From Alphaproteobacteria bacterium (GTDB lineage Bacteria; Pseudomonadota; Alphaproteobacteria; SP197): 64,000 nucleotides of DNA. Shown piece after piece: positions 1 through 10,412 of this stretch. Under the pieces are notes generated by a model that was given only the letters and a program-made list of their open reading frames with translations, was not told the DNA's origin and searched no databases. A program made the position numbers and the translations under genes. How positions within the stretch are numbered: position 1 is the first letter of the stretch; the number at the start of each line of letters is the position of its first letter. The stretch spans positions 896,001 through 960,000 of the forward strand of contig OZ219917.1 in NCBI GenBank assembly GCA_964291415.2. Reading direction: 5' to 3'.

Positions 1-2
1 GG

Positions 3-521
3 GTGGGCAGGGCCGGCTCCGGCATCGCCCACTGCCCGGGATCCAACATGGTCCTGGGGTCGGGGCTGTGCCGCGCCCCTGAACTCGAGGAGGCCGGGTC
101 TCCCGTCGGCATCGGTGTCGACGGCTCGGCATCCCAGGATGCGTCAAACATGATTCAGGAGGTGCGCCTGGCGTTGCAGGTCGAACGCCTGCGCTATGGA
201 GCCTCGAGGGTCAGCCACCAGGATGTGCTGCGCTGGGCAACGCGAGGCTCCGCCGCATGCCTGGGACGCGACGACATTGGCCGGATCGAGGCGGGGCGCC
301 AGGCCGACCTGGCGCTCTTCACGCTGGACGAGCCACGGTTCTCCGGGGCCCACGATCCGCTGGCCGCCCTGGTGCTGTGCGGCGCCCACAGGGCCGACCG
401 GGTCATGGTGGCCGGAAGGTGGCGGGTCATCGACGGCGCCATCGTTGGTCTCGATCTCGAACGCCTGATGGCGCAGCACAACGAGGCGGCCCGCTCGCTC
501 CTCTGCGCGGCCGATCTCTGA
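3..521 (+). CDS. Amidohydrolase superfamily deaminase (8-oxoguanine deaminase/AtzB-like), C-terminal part only
   Basis: AHCPGSNMVLGSG, GIGVDGSASQD, LGRDDIGRIEAGRQADLALF motifs; runs off the window start. Confidence 0.8.
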   Translation: MGRAGSGIAHCPGSNMVLGSGLCRAPELEEAGSPVGIGVDGSASQDASNMIQEVRLALQVERLRYGASRVSHQDVLRWATRGSAACLGRDDIGRIEAGRQADLALFTLDEPRFSGAHDPLAALVLCGAHRADRVMVAGRWRVIDGAIVGLDLERLMAQHNEAARSLLCAADL

Positions 522-528
522 AGTCACG

Positions 529-1401
529 TCACGTCCGGTTGGCGGCGTTGCCTCCGGTCCACCGGCGGTCTGCTTCCGCCACGCCGGAAAAGTAGGCGCC
601 GGCGCGTTCGCCGGTCACCTTGCGCCACAGGGCGACCGAATCCGGCGAGGCGTCCGCGCGGGGCCTTGGAACCGGCGTGTAGTGACCGAAGGCGTCCTCT
701 CCGCAGACGAGTTGCGCATAGTCGCGTTCGATGACCACCGGACGCATGGCCGGCGTCGCGAATCGCACCACCAGGCCGACGCGCCGTTCCGCCGAACGAT
801 TGGGCTCGGACGCATGCATGGTGAGGCCGTGGTGAACGGACATCTCGCCGGCCCTGAGTTCGCCGAGCCTCGTTTCGCTCTCGTCGATCTGCCACCTCAC
901 GTTCTGACCCCGGGTCAGCAGGTTGTCGGTTTCGAAGGTGTCGTCGTGGTCGACGAGACCGGCCCGGTGTGATCCCGGAAGGAAGCGCATGCACCCCATG
1001 GCGCCGGTGGCGTCGGTGAGAGCGATCCACGCGGTGACGGCGTCGTGGGAATCGACCCCCCAATAGCGAAGATCCTGGTGCCAGCTGACGTATCCCTGCG
1101 AATGGGCTTCCTTGATGAAGACATCGCTGTCCCAGACGATGAGATCGTCGCCGAGCAGTTGACGCACGACGTCGAGAACGCGTGGATGACGCACCATGTC
1201 GTCGACTGCGCGCATGACGAGGTGACTTCCCGTGCGGAACATCTCGGCCACCGGCAGATGTCCGGCATGGATCCGGGCGAACGCATCGACTTGCTCAAGC
1301 ACAGCGGCAGCGGCGTCCTCCTCGAAGACCCTCACACCGGCGATGAAGCCGTCACGCCGGAAGGCGTCGGCAATCGCCGAACCTCCGGCGTCATCCATCA
1401 C
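529..1401 (-). CDS. Phytanoyl-CoA dioxygenase (PhyH) family Fe(II)/2OG dioxygenase
   Basis: FIKE...WHQDLRYW (HxD), GCMRFLPGSH, distal His in HHGLTMHAS, RRVG. Confidence 0.85.
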   Translation of the reverse strand: MMDDAGGSAIADAFRRDGFIAGVRVFEEDAAAAVLEQVDAFARIHAGHLPVAEMFRTGSHLVMRAVDDMVRHPRVLDVVRQLLGDDLIVWDSDVFIKEAHSQGYVSWHQDLRYWGVDSHDAVTAWIALTDATGAMGCMRFLPGSHRAGLVDHDDTFETDNLLTRGQNVRWQIDESETRLGELRAGEMSVHHGLTMHASEPNRSAERRVGLVVRFATPAMRPVVIERDYAQLVCGEDAFGHYTPVPRPRADASPDSVALWRKVTGERAGAYFSGVAEADRRWTGGNAANRT

Positions 1402-1404
1402 GCG

Positions 1405-2949
1405 TCAAGGCCGACGCTTCATCTCGTACCAGAACACGATCGCCGAGTAGGGCGGCACCGGTACCAGACCCTCGATGTCGCTGCCGTGGGCAATGATGAG
1501 CGGCGCATCCATGGCGAAGATCGACACCGCTTCCTCGTGCAGGATGCGCTGTGCCTCCACCCAGGTCGCACCGGCGGCGTCGGCGTCCGTGGCTTCCTGC
1601 CCCCAGGCTTCGAACACGAGGCTGTCGAACTCGGGGTTGTTGTAGCCGATGGCCGGGAACCAGCCATAGGGCGAACTGGTGAAGATGATGAGCCAGGCGT
1701 AGGGCGACGGCACGTCACCGGACGCAGCCACCACGAAGACGTCGTAGTCCTCGTTATCGGGGTTGAAGGCACTGTCCCAGAAGGCGCCGCCGGACAGCTG
1801 GCGAATGTTGAGGGTCACCCCGACTTCGGCCAGGGCGGACTGCCACAGGCGCACCGCCTCCGCCACTTCCTTGGAACCGGCCGAGACCGCGAGATCAAGC
1901 TCGAATCCGTCACCGAAACCGGCCTCGGCGAGCATGGCGCCGGCGGCATCGAGATCCTGGTTCCAGGAAGGGAAGTCGGCAGGGGGCGTCCACAGCGCCG
2001 TCGGACCGGAGCCGGCGCTGACGCGGCCGTGACCGAGAAACACCCCCTTGTGGACATCGTCATAGGGAAAGGTCATCGCCAGTGCCCGGCGCACGGCCCG
2101 GTCGTCAAGCGGCGGATTGCTGTGATCGAAGGCGAAGATGAGCTGAGCCAGTGGCAGATAGGGCAGGACCACGAGATCGTCCACACCCTCGAGACTGGCC
2201 ATCGAATCGAAGGGAAGATGGGTCGTCAGGTCGACCTCGCCGGAACGAATGAGCTGGTCGCGCACGGTCGGGTCCTCGACGATCAGGTAGACGACCTTGG
2301 TGAACTGGCCCTCTTCCCAGCCTCCCCAGTAGTCGGGATAGCGATCGAGAACGGCACGGGTTCCGGGTTCGAAGCCGGCAACCACATAGGGACCGGTGCC
2401 GGCGTCGTTGCCTTCGGCCCACCACTCGGGCGGCTGGTCCACGGCTTCTGCCTTGTAGATGAACATGCCGTACTGCGCCGACACGATGAGCGGCACGTTG
2501 CGCGGTTCGCTGGCGATGAAGCGCACCGTCATGTCGTCAACCACCTCGATCGACTCGATGCCGATGAAGTCGTAGGCGACCATGCCGACCGCGATGTTGC
2601 GATCGAGTGATGCCTTCACGTCGGTGGCCGTGAAGGGTGATCCGTCGTGGAATGTGACACCCTCGCGCAGGGTGAACGTCCATTCGGTTCCTTCGGCATT
2701 GGACTCCCAGGACGTGGCCAGCACTCCGACGAGTCCCTCGTCCTCGGTCCAGCGGGTAAGTGTCTCGTACACGTTGAAGCCGAGCGTCGTATCCCAGCTC
2801 AACATGTAGGGTGGATCGAGCGAGGGCAGTTCACCGGGAATCGCCTGGAAGGCAATGTTCTCGGTGATGTCCTGGGCCTGAAGCGGCCCCACACCGACAG
2901 ACAGCGCGGTGACGGCGGCGATGACCGATCCGCGGACATACCTGTTCAT
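1405..2949 (-). CDS. ABC transporter substrate-binding protein, family 5 (peptide/nickel/opine type)
   Basis: Signal peptide, then LATSWE...WTFTLREGVTFHDGSPFTATDV and GTGPY; ATG at 2949 has a GGGGAGG RBS; the N-terminal extension in the ORF track is antisense to the permease. Confidence 0.9.
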   Translation of the reverse strand: MNRYVRGSVIAAVTALSVGVGPLQAQDITENIAFQAIPGELPSLDPPYMLSWDTTLGFNVYETLTRWTEDEGLVGVLATSWESNAEGTEWTFTLREGVTFHDGSPFTATDVKASLDRNIAVGMVAYDFIGIESIEVVDDMTVRFIASEPRNVPLIVSAQYGMFIYKAEAVDQPPEWWAEGNDAGTGPYVVAGFEPGTRAVLDRYPDYWGGWEEGQFTKVVYLIVEDPTVRDQLIRSGEVDLTTHLPFDSMASLEGVDDLVVLPYLPLAQLIFAFDHSNPPLDDRAVRRALAMTFPYDDVHKGVFLGHGRVSAGSGPTALWTPPADFPSWNQDLDAAGAMLAEAGFGDGFELDLAVSAGSKEVAEAVRLWQSALAEVGVTLNIRQLSGGAFWDSAFNPDNEDYDVFVVAASGDVPSPYAWLIIFTSSPYGWFPAIGYNNPEFDSLVFEAWGQEATDADAAGATWVEAQRILHEEAVSIFAMDAPLIIAHGSDIEGLVPVPPYSAIVFWYEMKRRP

Positions 2950-3147
2950 GACCCTCTTCCTCCCCATTGCATCGACAGATGTACGGATCGAAGTGTGCAC
3001 CGTGTCGATCATGGTCTCAACCGCCTCTGCTGTCGTGTGATCGTGCTGCCCGCCCGTGCCGGGATTTTGTTGGTCAAATGCAGTCCGCCACCGCACAATC
3101 GTTGACGTCATGAAGGGTGTTTGCGCGTTGATCGAGACAATGCGGCC

Positions 3148-4185
3148 ATGAGCGGGGTTCGATACCTCCTGCGGCGGCTGGTTCTGGCACTCTTCGTGAT
3201 GCTCGGAGCGTTGACGGTCACGTTCGCCATTTCCCATGTCATTCCGGGCGATCCCGCACGCCTCTATCTGGGTGCGCGCGCCAGTGACGAAGCAATTGCC
3301 GCCGTGCGCGCCGACCTTGGTCTCGACGATCCCCTCCCCGTGCAGTTCGTTCGGTTCGTTTCCAACGCGGTCCAGGGAGAGTTCGGCTACTCCTATCGCA
3401 CCAAGCGGCCGATCGTCGAGGACCTGGCCGAACGACTGCCCGCCACCATGGAACTCGTGGTGCTCGCCACGTTCCTGGCGATCGCTGTCGGTGTTCCCGC
3501 CGGCGTCCTTGCGGCTGCGCGCTTCGCTACCGGATTCGACCGCGTGATGCGGGTGGTGTCCATTCTCGGCGTGTCCATGCCTGCCTTCTGGCTCGCCCTG
3601 CTGTTGCAACTCCTCTTCTTCCTGTGGCTCGACCTGCTGCCGCTCGGCGGACGTCTGAGCCAGACCACCAGCTTCCTCCATCCGGTGACGACCCTGACCG
3701 GCTTCCATCTCGTCGATGCCGCACTTACCGGGAACTGGGTGGCATGGAGAGATGCGCTGGCCCACGCGATCCTGCCGGTGGTGGTGCTGGCGACATTTCC
3801 GGTCAGCCTGGCCCTGCGCATGACCCGGGCGTCGATGCTCGATGTGCTTGCCGAAACCCACATCGCCGCCGCCCGCGCGGCGGGACTGCACGAACGCGAG
3901 ATCCTGTTCCGCCTGGCGTTGAAGAACGCCATCGTGCCCACGCTGACCGTTCTGGGACTGGTGTTCGCCTTCTCGATCACCGGTGCCGTCCTCATCGAGA
4001 GCATCTTCAAGTGGCCGGGCCTCGGGAGCTACATGCTCGATGCCATTCTCAACGACGACATTCCGGTGCTGTTTGCCGTCACCCTGGTCGTCACCGTGAT
4101 CTACATCGTCGTCAATCTCCTAGTGGACCTGCTGCAGGCGGTGCTTGATCCACGAATCCGGCTCGGTGAGAGCAGTGTCGGCTGA
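3148..4185 (+). CDS. Peptide ABC transporter permease (DppB/OppB-like)
   Basis: RYLLRRL, PGDPA, GLDDPLPVQF, EAA-loop region ARAAGL, IESIFKWPGLG, LDPRIR. Confidence 0.92.
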   Translation: MSGVRYLLRRLVLALFVMLGALTVTFAISHVIPGDPARLYLGARASDEAIAAVRADLGLDDPLPVQFVRFVSNAVQGEFGYSYRTKRPIVEDLAERLPATMELVVLATFLAIAVGVPAGVLAAARFATGFDRVMRVVSILGVSMPAFWLALLLQLLFFLWLDLLPLGGRLSQTTSFLHPVTTLTGFHLVDAALTGNWVAWRDALAHAILPVVVLATFPVSLALRMTRASMLDVLAETHIAAARAAGLHEREILFRLALKNAIVPTLTVLGLVFAFSITGAVLIESIFKWPGLGSYMLDAILNDDIPVLFAVTLVVTVIYIVVNLLVDLLQAVLDPRIRLGESSVG

Positions 4186-5095
4186 AAGGCCAGTTTCGGG
4201 AGCGGCAGCGACGTTGCTGACAGCCCTCGTCAACCCGCCTGCGGGATCGGCACGCCGGCACGTTCTCGGCGACCGCCTGGCCGCGGGCGCCCTTGTGGCC
4301 CTTGTGGTCATTGTCCTGCTGGCCGTTGCGGCACCCCTCGTCACGCCCCACGCCGATCAGGGGCGCGGGACGACGAACATCGAGGACAAGCTCCTTGAGC
4401 CTTCACTGGCTCACCCCTTCGGCACCGATGCGCTTGGCCGCGACGTTCTGGCCCGTGTCCTTTTCGGGGCGCGTACGGCACTCGTTTCGGGCCTTGCCAT
4501 CGTCCTCATCGGGGTCGTGGCGGGAACACTGCTCGGGGCCACGGCAGGCTATGTCGGTGGCTGGCTCGACGAGGCGATCATGCGCGTCACCGACGTGTTC
4601 CTCGCATTTCCGCCCCTGCTGCTGGCCATGACCGTCGCCGTGGTCCTGCAGCCCAGCCTGGAGAATGCGATCCTGGCCATCGCGCTCACCTGGTGGCCGT
4701 GGTACGCGCGCATTGCGCGGGGGCAGGCGATTTCGCTGCGAGAACGGCACTATGTCAGGGCGGCGCGTGGCATCGGTGTCAGTCACCCGGTGGTGGTGCT
4801 GCGCCATGTCCTGCCCAATGTCATGACTCCGGTATGGGTCCAGGCGACACTGGATCTCGGCGCCGCGATCCTGACCGTGAGTGCGCTGGGCTTCGTCGGA
4901 TTGGGTGTGCCGCAGCCGACAGCCGACTGGGGGGCGATGATCTCGGAGGGACGGATCTATGTGCAGACTGGCCACTGGTGGGTTCCGACATTTCCCGGCG
5001 TGGCGCTCTTCGTGACCATCATGGCGTTCAATCTCGCGGGCGATGCGGTGCACATGGCGACCAGCCCGCGTGGTCGCGCCATGCAGCAAACATGA
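4175..5095 (+). CDS. Peptide ABC transporter permease (DppC/OppC-like)
   Basis: HPFGTDALGRDVLARVLFGAR, RHVLPN, PTADWGAMI; start codon uncertain. Confidence 0.9.
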   Translation: MSAERPVSGAAATLLTALVNPPAGSARRHVLGDRLAAGALVALVVIVLLAVAAPLVTPHADQGRGTTNIEDKLLEPSLAHPFGTDALGRDVLARVLFGARTALVSGLAIVLIGVVAGTLLGATAGYVGGWLDEAIMRVTDVFLAFPPLLLAMTVAVVLQPSLENAILAIALTWWPWYARIARGQAISLRERHYVRAARGIGVSHPVVVLRHVLPNVMTPVWVQATLDLGAAILTVSALGFVGLGVPQPTADWGAMISEGRIYVQTGHWWVPTFPGVALFVTIMAFNLAGDAVHMATSPRGRAMQQT

Positions 5096-6063
5096 ACGCA
5101 CCGCTCCTTTCCGTCACTGGTCTCAAAGTCGGGTTTCCAGGCCCCGGGGGGCGCCGCCTGGTGTTGCGCGGAATCGATTTCAAGGTCGAGGAAGGCACGG
5201 CTTACGGCATCGTCGGCGAGTCGGGGTGCGGAAAGTCGATGACGGCCCACGCCATCCTTGGCCTGGTGCCGCCGCCAGGATCGATTGCCGGTGGCACAAT
5301 CGCCTATCGGGGCCGGGACCTGGTATCCGGGGGACCCGATGCCTGGGCCGGACTGCGTGGCCGGCATATCGCCATGGTCCATCAGGATCCGACCGCCGCT
5401 CTCAATCCCCTGTTTACGATCGGCAGCCAGATCAAGGCGATCATGCAACGACACGGAAGGGCCCGGGCCCGGGAGGCACGGGAGCGTGCCGTGTCCCTGC
5501 TTGGCGAACTCGAACTGGCCGATCCCGCCGCCCTTCTTGATCGCTATCCTCACGAACTCTCCGGCGGCATGCAGCAGCGGGTCCTTCTCGCCATGGCCCT
5601 GGCCGGCGATCCCGACCTGGTGATCGCCGACGAGGCTACGACGGCCCTTGATGTCACCATCCAGGCTCAGGTTCTCGCCCTGCTCGACCGGTTGCGCAGG
5701 AAGCGCGGCCTGACCTTGATCATCATCACGCATGATCTCGGCGTCGTGGCGCAGACCTGTGACCGGGTGGCGGTGTTGTATCTCGGACGGATCGTCGAGG
5801 AGGGAGATCCCGAAGATATCTTCCTTGCGCCGCATCACCCCTACACGAGGGGACTCCTCAAGGCACGGCCTGGCGAACAGACGCAGCGCACGCCGCTTGC
5901 CGTGATTCCAGGCTCCGTACCCGCTGACGCCGAGAACATCGAGGGATGCACCTTCCGCGAGCGGTGCGCCTTCGCCATGGCCTGCTGCCGTCTCGAGGAT
6001 CCTGCGGTGCGGCGCCTCTCGGATCGTCATCGCAGCGCCTGCCATCTCGAGGTCGGTCGATGA
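5092..6063 (+). CDS. Peptide ABC transporter ATP-binding protein (DppD-like)
   Basis: [30 protein letters not shown]-terminal Cys motif; ATGA overlap with the upstream permease. Confidence 0.93.
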   Translation: MNAPLLSVTGLKVGFPGPGGRRLVLRGIDFKVEEGTAYGIVGESGCGKSMTAHAILGLVPPPGSIAGGTIAYRGRDLVSGGPDAWAGLRGRHIAMVHQDPTAALNPLFTIGSQIKAIMQRHGRARAREARERAVSLLGELELADPAALLDRYPHELSGGMQQRVLLAMALAGDPDLVIADEATTALDVTIQAQVLALLDRLRRKRGLTLIIITHDLGVVAQTCDRVAVLYLGRIVEEGDPEDIFLAPHHPYTRGLLKARPGEQTQRTPLAVIPGSVPADAENIEGCTFRERCAFAMACCRLEDPAVRRLSDRHRSACHLEVGR

Positions 6064-7040
6064 CGGCGAAACACGACGTCCTGCTCGACGTCAGGAACCT
6101 CGCGGTCGACTACCGCACGGGAACCGGCCTCTTCGGCCGGCGGCGCGGACATGTGCGGGTTCTCGAGAACATCAGCCTGCGGCTCCGACAAGGCGAAACC
6201 CTGGGCGTCGTCGGAGAATCAGGGTGTGGCAAGTCGACCCTTGCCATGGCGCTGGCGAGGTTCGTGATCGCCAGCCACGGCGACATCCTGTTTGACGGGC
6301 GCGACGTGCTTCGGCTTGACGCTGCTGGCCTCAAGGCGTGGCGCCGGGACATGCAGCTCGTGTTCCAGAATCCCCTGGCCTCCCTCAACCCACGCATGAC
6401 CGTTCGCGCCATCGTCAGTGAACCCCTTGTGACACACACCAGGCTTGACCATGGCGAACGCCGCAGACGGATCGAGGCTCTTCTTGGCGAAACCGGTCTC
6501 GATCCGTCATTCCTCACCCGATACCCCCACGAACTCAGCGGTGGCCAGGCCCAGCGGGTGGTGCTGGCGCGAGCCCTTGCCCTCAATCCGCGGCTGCTGG
6601 TGCTCGACGAACCGACATCCGCCCTCGACGTTTCCGTCCAGGCGCAGATTCTCAATCTCCTCATGCGCCTGCAGGACCAGCACAACCTGACCTACATGCT
6701 GATTTCCCACAGTCTCGGCGTTGTCGAGCATGTCAGTGACCGCATCGTCGTTCTCTATCTTGGCGAGATTGTCGAGGAAGGACCGCGAGACGAGATCTTC
6801 AGGCAGCCGCGCCACCCCTATACCCAGGCGCTGATGGCGGCGACACCCGTTGTCGATCCTTCGAAGAGGCAGACTCATCGGCCGCTGTCGGGGATGATCC
6901 CCGGTCCGGCATCGCGGCCCGAGGGTTGCCGGTTCCACACCCGGTGCCCCCGCGCCTGGTCCCTGTGTCACGACTCCAGGCCACGCCCGCAGCGCGTTGG
7001 CGACGGCCATGTGGCCTCGTGCCACCTTCTGACGTCATGA
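6060..7040 (+). CDS. Peptide ABC transporter ATP-binding protein (DppF-like)
   Basis: [37 protein letters not shown]; ATGA overlap. Confidence 0.93.
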   Translation: MTAKHDVLLDVRNLAVDYRTGTGLFGRRRGHVRVLENISLRLRQGETLGVVGESGCGKSTLAMALARFVIASHGDILFDGRDVLRLDAAGLKAWRRDMQLVFQNPLASLNPRMTVRAIVSEPLVTHTRLDHGERRRRIEALLGETGLDPSFLTRYPHELSGGQAQRVVLARALALNPRLLVLDEPTSALDVSVQAQILNLLMRLQDQHNLTYMLISHSLGVVEHVSDRIVVLYLGEIVEEGPRDEIFRQPRHPYTQALMAATPVVDPSKRQTHRPLSGMIPGPASRPEGCRFHTRCPRAWSLCHDSRPRPQRVGDGHVASCHLLTS

Positions 7041-7112
7041 AACCCATGCCGACTGTCGCTTTGCGGGCGGTCTTCCGGATAGACTCGGCCATGCCGGGCT
7101 GAGGAGAGACAC

Positions 7113-8723
7113 ATGAGCGTTCGTGACGGCCAACCCAAGGCGCCCTATGCCTGGTCGATGCCGGACTGGCCGTCCCCGGGACAGTCCACCGACGACGATG
7201 CCCTCGAGGTGTGGGGCTATACGGATCGCATGTCCTACGAGGCGGGTGACGTGATCAGGCTCCACGTCAGTGCGACGCGTGCCTTGTGGTCGCTGACGAT
7301 CTACCGCGATGGCGCATCGCCGCAGCGTGTCCTGCAACGCAAGGACCTGTCCGGCGCGCGTCACGCCGTTCCCGAGGATTCTTACGCCTCGGGCTGCGGT
7401 TGGCCCGTGGCTCTCACCATCCCTGTCGACGAGGACTGGCCGTCGGGTCTCTACATTGTTGTCCTTGGTATCGGTGACGGTTCGGACCACTTCGAGTCCG
7501 ATGCCTTCTTTGTCGTGCGCAGACCGGCCCGGCAACGGCGGAAGATCGGCTTCATGCTGACGACGAGCACCCTGATTGCCTACAACGACTGGGGAGGCGC
7601 CAATCACTATCGCGGCCTCGGGAACGATCCGCGTGACGACGTCGCTTCGCCGGTGCTGTCGACACAGCGTCCCGTGGGCCGCGGTTTTCTCCGCAAGCCG
7701 GCTGAGGCGCCGCGCGAATCCCATGCCTTCTCGCCGCCGATCGGCTGGCAGCCCCGCTATCCCTCCTACGAGTGGGCGCGTCTCTACGACATGAGCCGAC
7801 ATCATGCCGATGCCTTCTGGGCAACATACGAGAGGCTGTTTGCCGTGTGGGCGGAGAACCGGGGCTATGAACTCGACTATCTCACGCAGCACGACCTTCA
7901 CTTCGACGAGAGCAGCCTCGATGGCTTTGATGCGCTGGTGATCGTCGGACACGACGAGTACTGGACCTGGGAAATGCGCGACCGGGTGGACGACTTCGTC
8001 GATCGCGGTGGTGGTCTCGCCCGCTTCGCCGGGAACTTCTACTGGCAGGTGCGGCTGTCCCAAGACGGCACCACGCAGTACTGCTATCGGGTTCCCGGTG
8101 CCGATCCCGCCACGTCCACCACGCCGCACCTCGTGACCACCGCATGGGACTGCACCCTGACCGGACGCCCGGCGGCGGCGACGATGGGGTTGACGGGCAT
8201 GGCCGGGACCTACAATCGCTACGGGGTGGCGGCGCCCCGCTCCTCGGGAGGCTATACGGTCTACCGGCCGCGGCACTGGGCCTTCGCCGGCACCGATCTC
8301 TACTACGGCGATCTCCTGGGCGGTACGCCTGTCAATCTCGCGACCTTCGAACTCGACGCGGTGGAGTACACCTTCCGCCGAGGGCTGCCTTTCCCGACGT
8401 TCGAGGATAGCGCCCCGGAATCCCTGGAAATCCTCGCCCTGGCGCCGGCGGTGCGCGGCGAAGAGGACCGATTCGGGGGCACTGTCCCGCTCAACGGCCC
8501 GTTGCGCGAGGCCGAGCAGGTCATGGAGGCGCTGGGAGACCTCCTGCCGCCCCACTGCCGCGAAAACGAGGGGCGTGGCGCCGGCATGATCGCCGCCTTC
8601 ACCCGAGGCAAGGGAGAGGTGTTCAACGGTGGTTCGACGGAATGGCCGCGGGCGCTGGAGTTGCGCGATCCCTTCGTCGAACGCATCGTCGCCAACGTTC
8701 TCGACCGGTTCACCGCGTCGTGA
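7113..8723 (+). CDS. N,N-dimethylformamidase large (beta) subunit-like protein
   Basis: WPSGLY, TLIAYNDWGGANHY, VGHDEYW, FAGNFYWQVR, GEVFNGGSTEW motifs; GAGGAG RBS. Confidence 0.8.
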   Translation: MSVRDGQPKAPYAWSMPDWPSPGQSTDDDALEVWGYTDRMSYEAGDVIRLHVSATRALWSLTIYRDGASPQRVLQRKDLSGARHAVPEDSYASGCGWPVALTIPVDEDWPSGLYIVVLGIGDGSDHFESDAFFVVRRPARQRRKIGFMLTTSTLIAYNDWGGANHYRGLGNDPRDDVASPVLSTQRPVGRGFLRKPAEAPRESHAFSPPIGWQPRYPSYEWARLYDMSRHHADAFWATYERLFAVWAENRGYELDYLTQHDLHFDESSLDGFDALVIVGHDEYWTWEMRDRVDDFVDRGGGLARFAGNFYWQVRLSQDGTTQYCYRVPGADPATSTTPHLVTTAWDCTLTGRPAAATMGLTGMAGTYNRYGVAAPRSSGGYTVYRPRHWAFAGTDLYYGDLLGGTPVNLATFELDAVEYTFRRGLPFPTFEDSAPESLEILALAPAVRGEEDRFGGTVPLNGPLREAEQVMEALGDLLPPHCRENEGRGAGMIAAFTRGKGEVFNGGSTEWPRALELRDPFVERIVANVLDRFTAS

Positions 8724-9030
8724 CTCCACGTCCGGATCGACCCGGGACCGCAATTGCATCGCAATTGGGATCAGGCCAGCACATCCGGAATCTTCTCCGG
8801 CCTTCGATCCCGTAGCCATGCCGTCCGGTTCATCAAGGCGCCTCCTCACCGGAACACCCAACCGGACGACTCGTGTGCTACCTGACGGAACAGATCATGT
8901 GTCAGCGACAGTGTTGTCTAATCTGCGGTGATAGTGAATGATACCTGCTACGATAACAGAACGAGGGGGGGAGACGCCGCCCCGCAAGTCGGGTTCCCCC
9001 AAACCACACAGATGGCAAGGAGGACAGATC

Positions 9031-10314
9031 ATGACTTTTGGCTCTATTGACAGACGCAGGTTCATGGGCTCGACGGCGCTCGCTGGCGCCGCTGCGGCCA
9101 CTGCCGTGAATCCGGGGAAACTGCGCGCCGAGGAGACGGTCCGCGTCGGATTTCTCGCGCCGCTGACCGGTGGTGTTGCAGCCTGGGGGCTGCCCGGCCT
9201 CTACGGATGCGAAATCTGGGCAGAACAGAAGAACGCCGCCGGCGGTGTCGACATCGGCGGGACATCCTACAACGTCGAAATCGTCTCGTACGACAACGAG
9301 TATCTTCCGGACAAGGCGCGCACCGGCGCCCAGAAGCTGATCAACGAAGACGGCGTCTCGTTCATCGAGATGCTCGGCGGCGACACCATGCCAGCCGTGA
9401 CTCCGATCGCCAATCGTGCCGAGATGCTTGTCTCGACGCTTCTTCCCTCGGATCTCTCTCCGGACACGCCCTTCCTGGTCGCGCCCGCGGAAGTCCATCC
9501 GATCTACAACCTCACGGGTGTCTGGTGGATGGCCGAGAACATGCCGGAGGCGAAAACGGCCGTGATCTGCGCCCAGGACGACGCTCTCGGGCGGCCCTCC
9601 GTGGCAACCTACCTCGCGGCGTTCGAAGCCCATGGCATCGAGGTCAAGGACACCATCTTCTTTGACATCGCAACGACGGACTTCGCGCCCGTCATGACCG
9701 CGATGCTGGCACACAAGCCCGATATCCTGTGCCTCGACACGGCCTATGCGGAGTTCGTCAACGAGCTCTGCAAGCAGGCGTTCGTGCAGAACTATGGTGG
9801 CCAGATCATCTCCTGCACGGCGGACTTCTATGCCGACATCATCGCCAACACTTCCGAGGAATTCATGGAGGGGGTGATCTTCCAGTTCCCCGACTTCGAC
9901 GATCCGGCGCTGAACAGCGAGGGCATCAACTTCAACGATCCCAACGGCTTCTTCCAGGTCTATAACGAGCGCCATCCCGGCCAGTGGGGTGCGGTGTCCT
10001 GGGAGTACGCGTCGATCCTCGACTTGTGGCTGGACGGCGCCCAGAAAGCGGGTTCCATCGAACCGGCAGCGGTGCTCGACGGCATGAAGCAGGGCGGCAC
10101 GGGCGCCCACGCCTTCGGCGAAGCCAACTGGTGGGGCGAGGAACTCTTCGGAATCGACAATGCGCTGGTGGGCAACTGGCCCGTGGTGCAGATCCAGAAC
10201 GGAAAGGCCGTGATCGTCGAGTTCAAGAACATCCCCGAGTGGTGGGGAGAACACAGCGCGACCATGATCAAGCACTTCGAAGCGATGGGCGAAATGTGGT
10301 ACCAGCGCGCCTGA
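9031..10314 (+). CDS. Branched-chain amino acid-type ABC substrate-binding protein, Tat-exported
   Basis: DRRRFM Tat motif, VGFLAPLTG, AAWGLPG; AGGAGG RBS before ATG at 9031. Confidence 0.88.
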   Translation: MTFGSIDRRRFMGSTALAGAAAATAVNPGKLRAEETVRVGFLAPLTGGVAAWGLPGLYGCEIWAEQKNAAGGVDIGGTSYNVEIVSYDNEYLPDKARTGAQKLINEDGVSFIEMLGGDTMPAVTPIANRAEMLVSTLLPSDLSPDTPFLVAPAEVHPIYNLTGVWWMAENMPEAKTAVICAQDDALGRPSVATYLAAFEAHGIEVKDTIFFDIATTDFAPVMTAMLAHKPDILCLDTAYAEFVNELCKQAFVQNYGGQIISCTADFYADIIANTSEEFMEGVIFQFPDFDDPALNSEGINFNDPNGFFQVYNERHPGQWGAVSWEYASILDLWLDGAQKAGSIEPAAVLDGMKQGGTGAHAFGEANWWGEELFGIDNALVGNWPVVQIQNGKAVIVEFKNIPEWWGEHSATMIKHFEAMGEMWYQRA

Positions 10315-10353
10315 TCACTTTCCTCGCCGGCCCGCGCGGCACGGCGGCACGCA

Positions 10354-10386
10354 ATACCGGGGCCGGCCTCGTGCCGGGCCCGGTAT
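10354..10386 (+). terminator. GC-rich intergenic hairpin after the SBP gene (mRNA stabiliser or partial terminator)
   Basis: ATACCGGGGCCGGC-ctcgt-GCCGGGCCCGGTAT near-perfect inverted repeat; no U-tract. Confidence 0.5.
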
Positions 10387-10412
10387 CGTCTTTCCGGACA
10401 TTCCGTTAGCCC

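Noticed and set aside
1045-2610. Long 521-aa plus-strand ORF and similar long ORFs (7035-8861, 20206-21888, 26383-27879, 29432-31324, 47154-48587)
   Set aside because: Antisense shadows of well-supported genes, expected in high-GC DNA; no family motifs.
2950-3891. Apparent 300-aa N-terminal extension of the SBP (828-aa ORF)
   Set aside because: It is mostly antisense to the permease; the signal peptide and RBS indicate a start at 2949.
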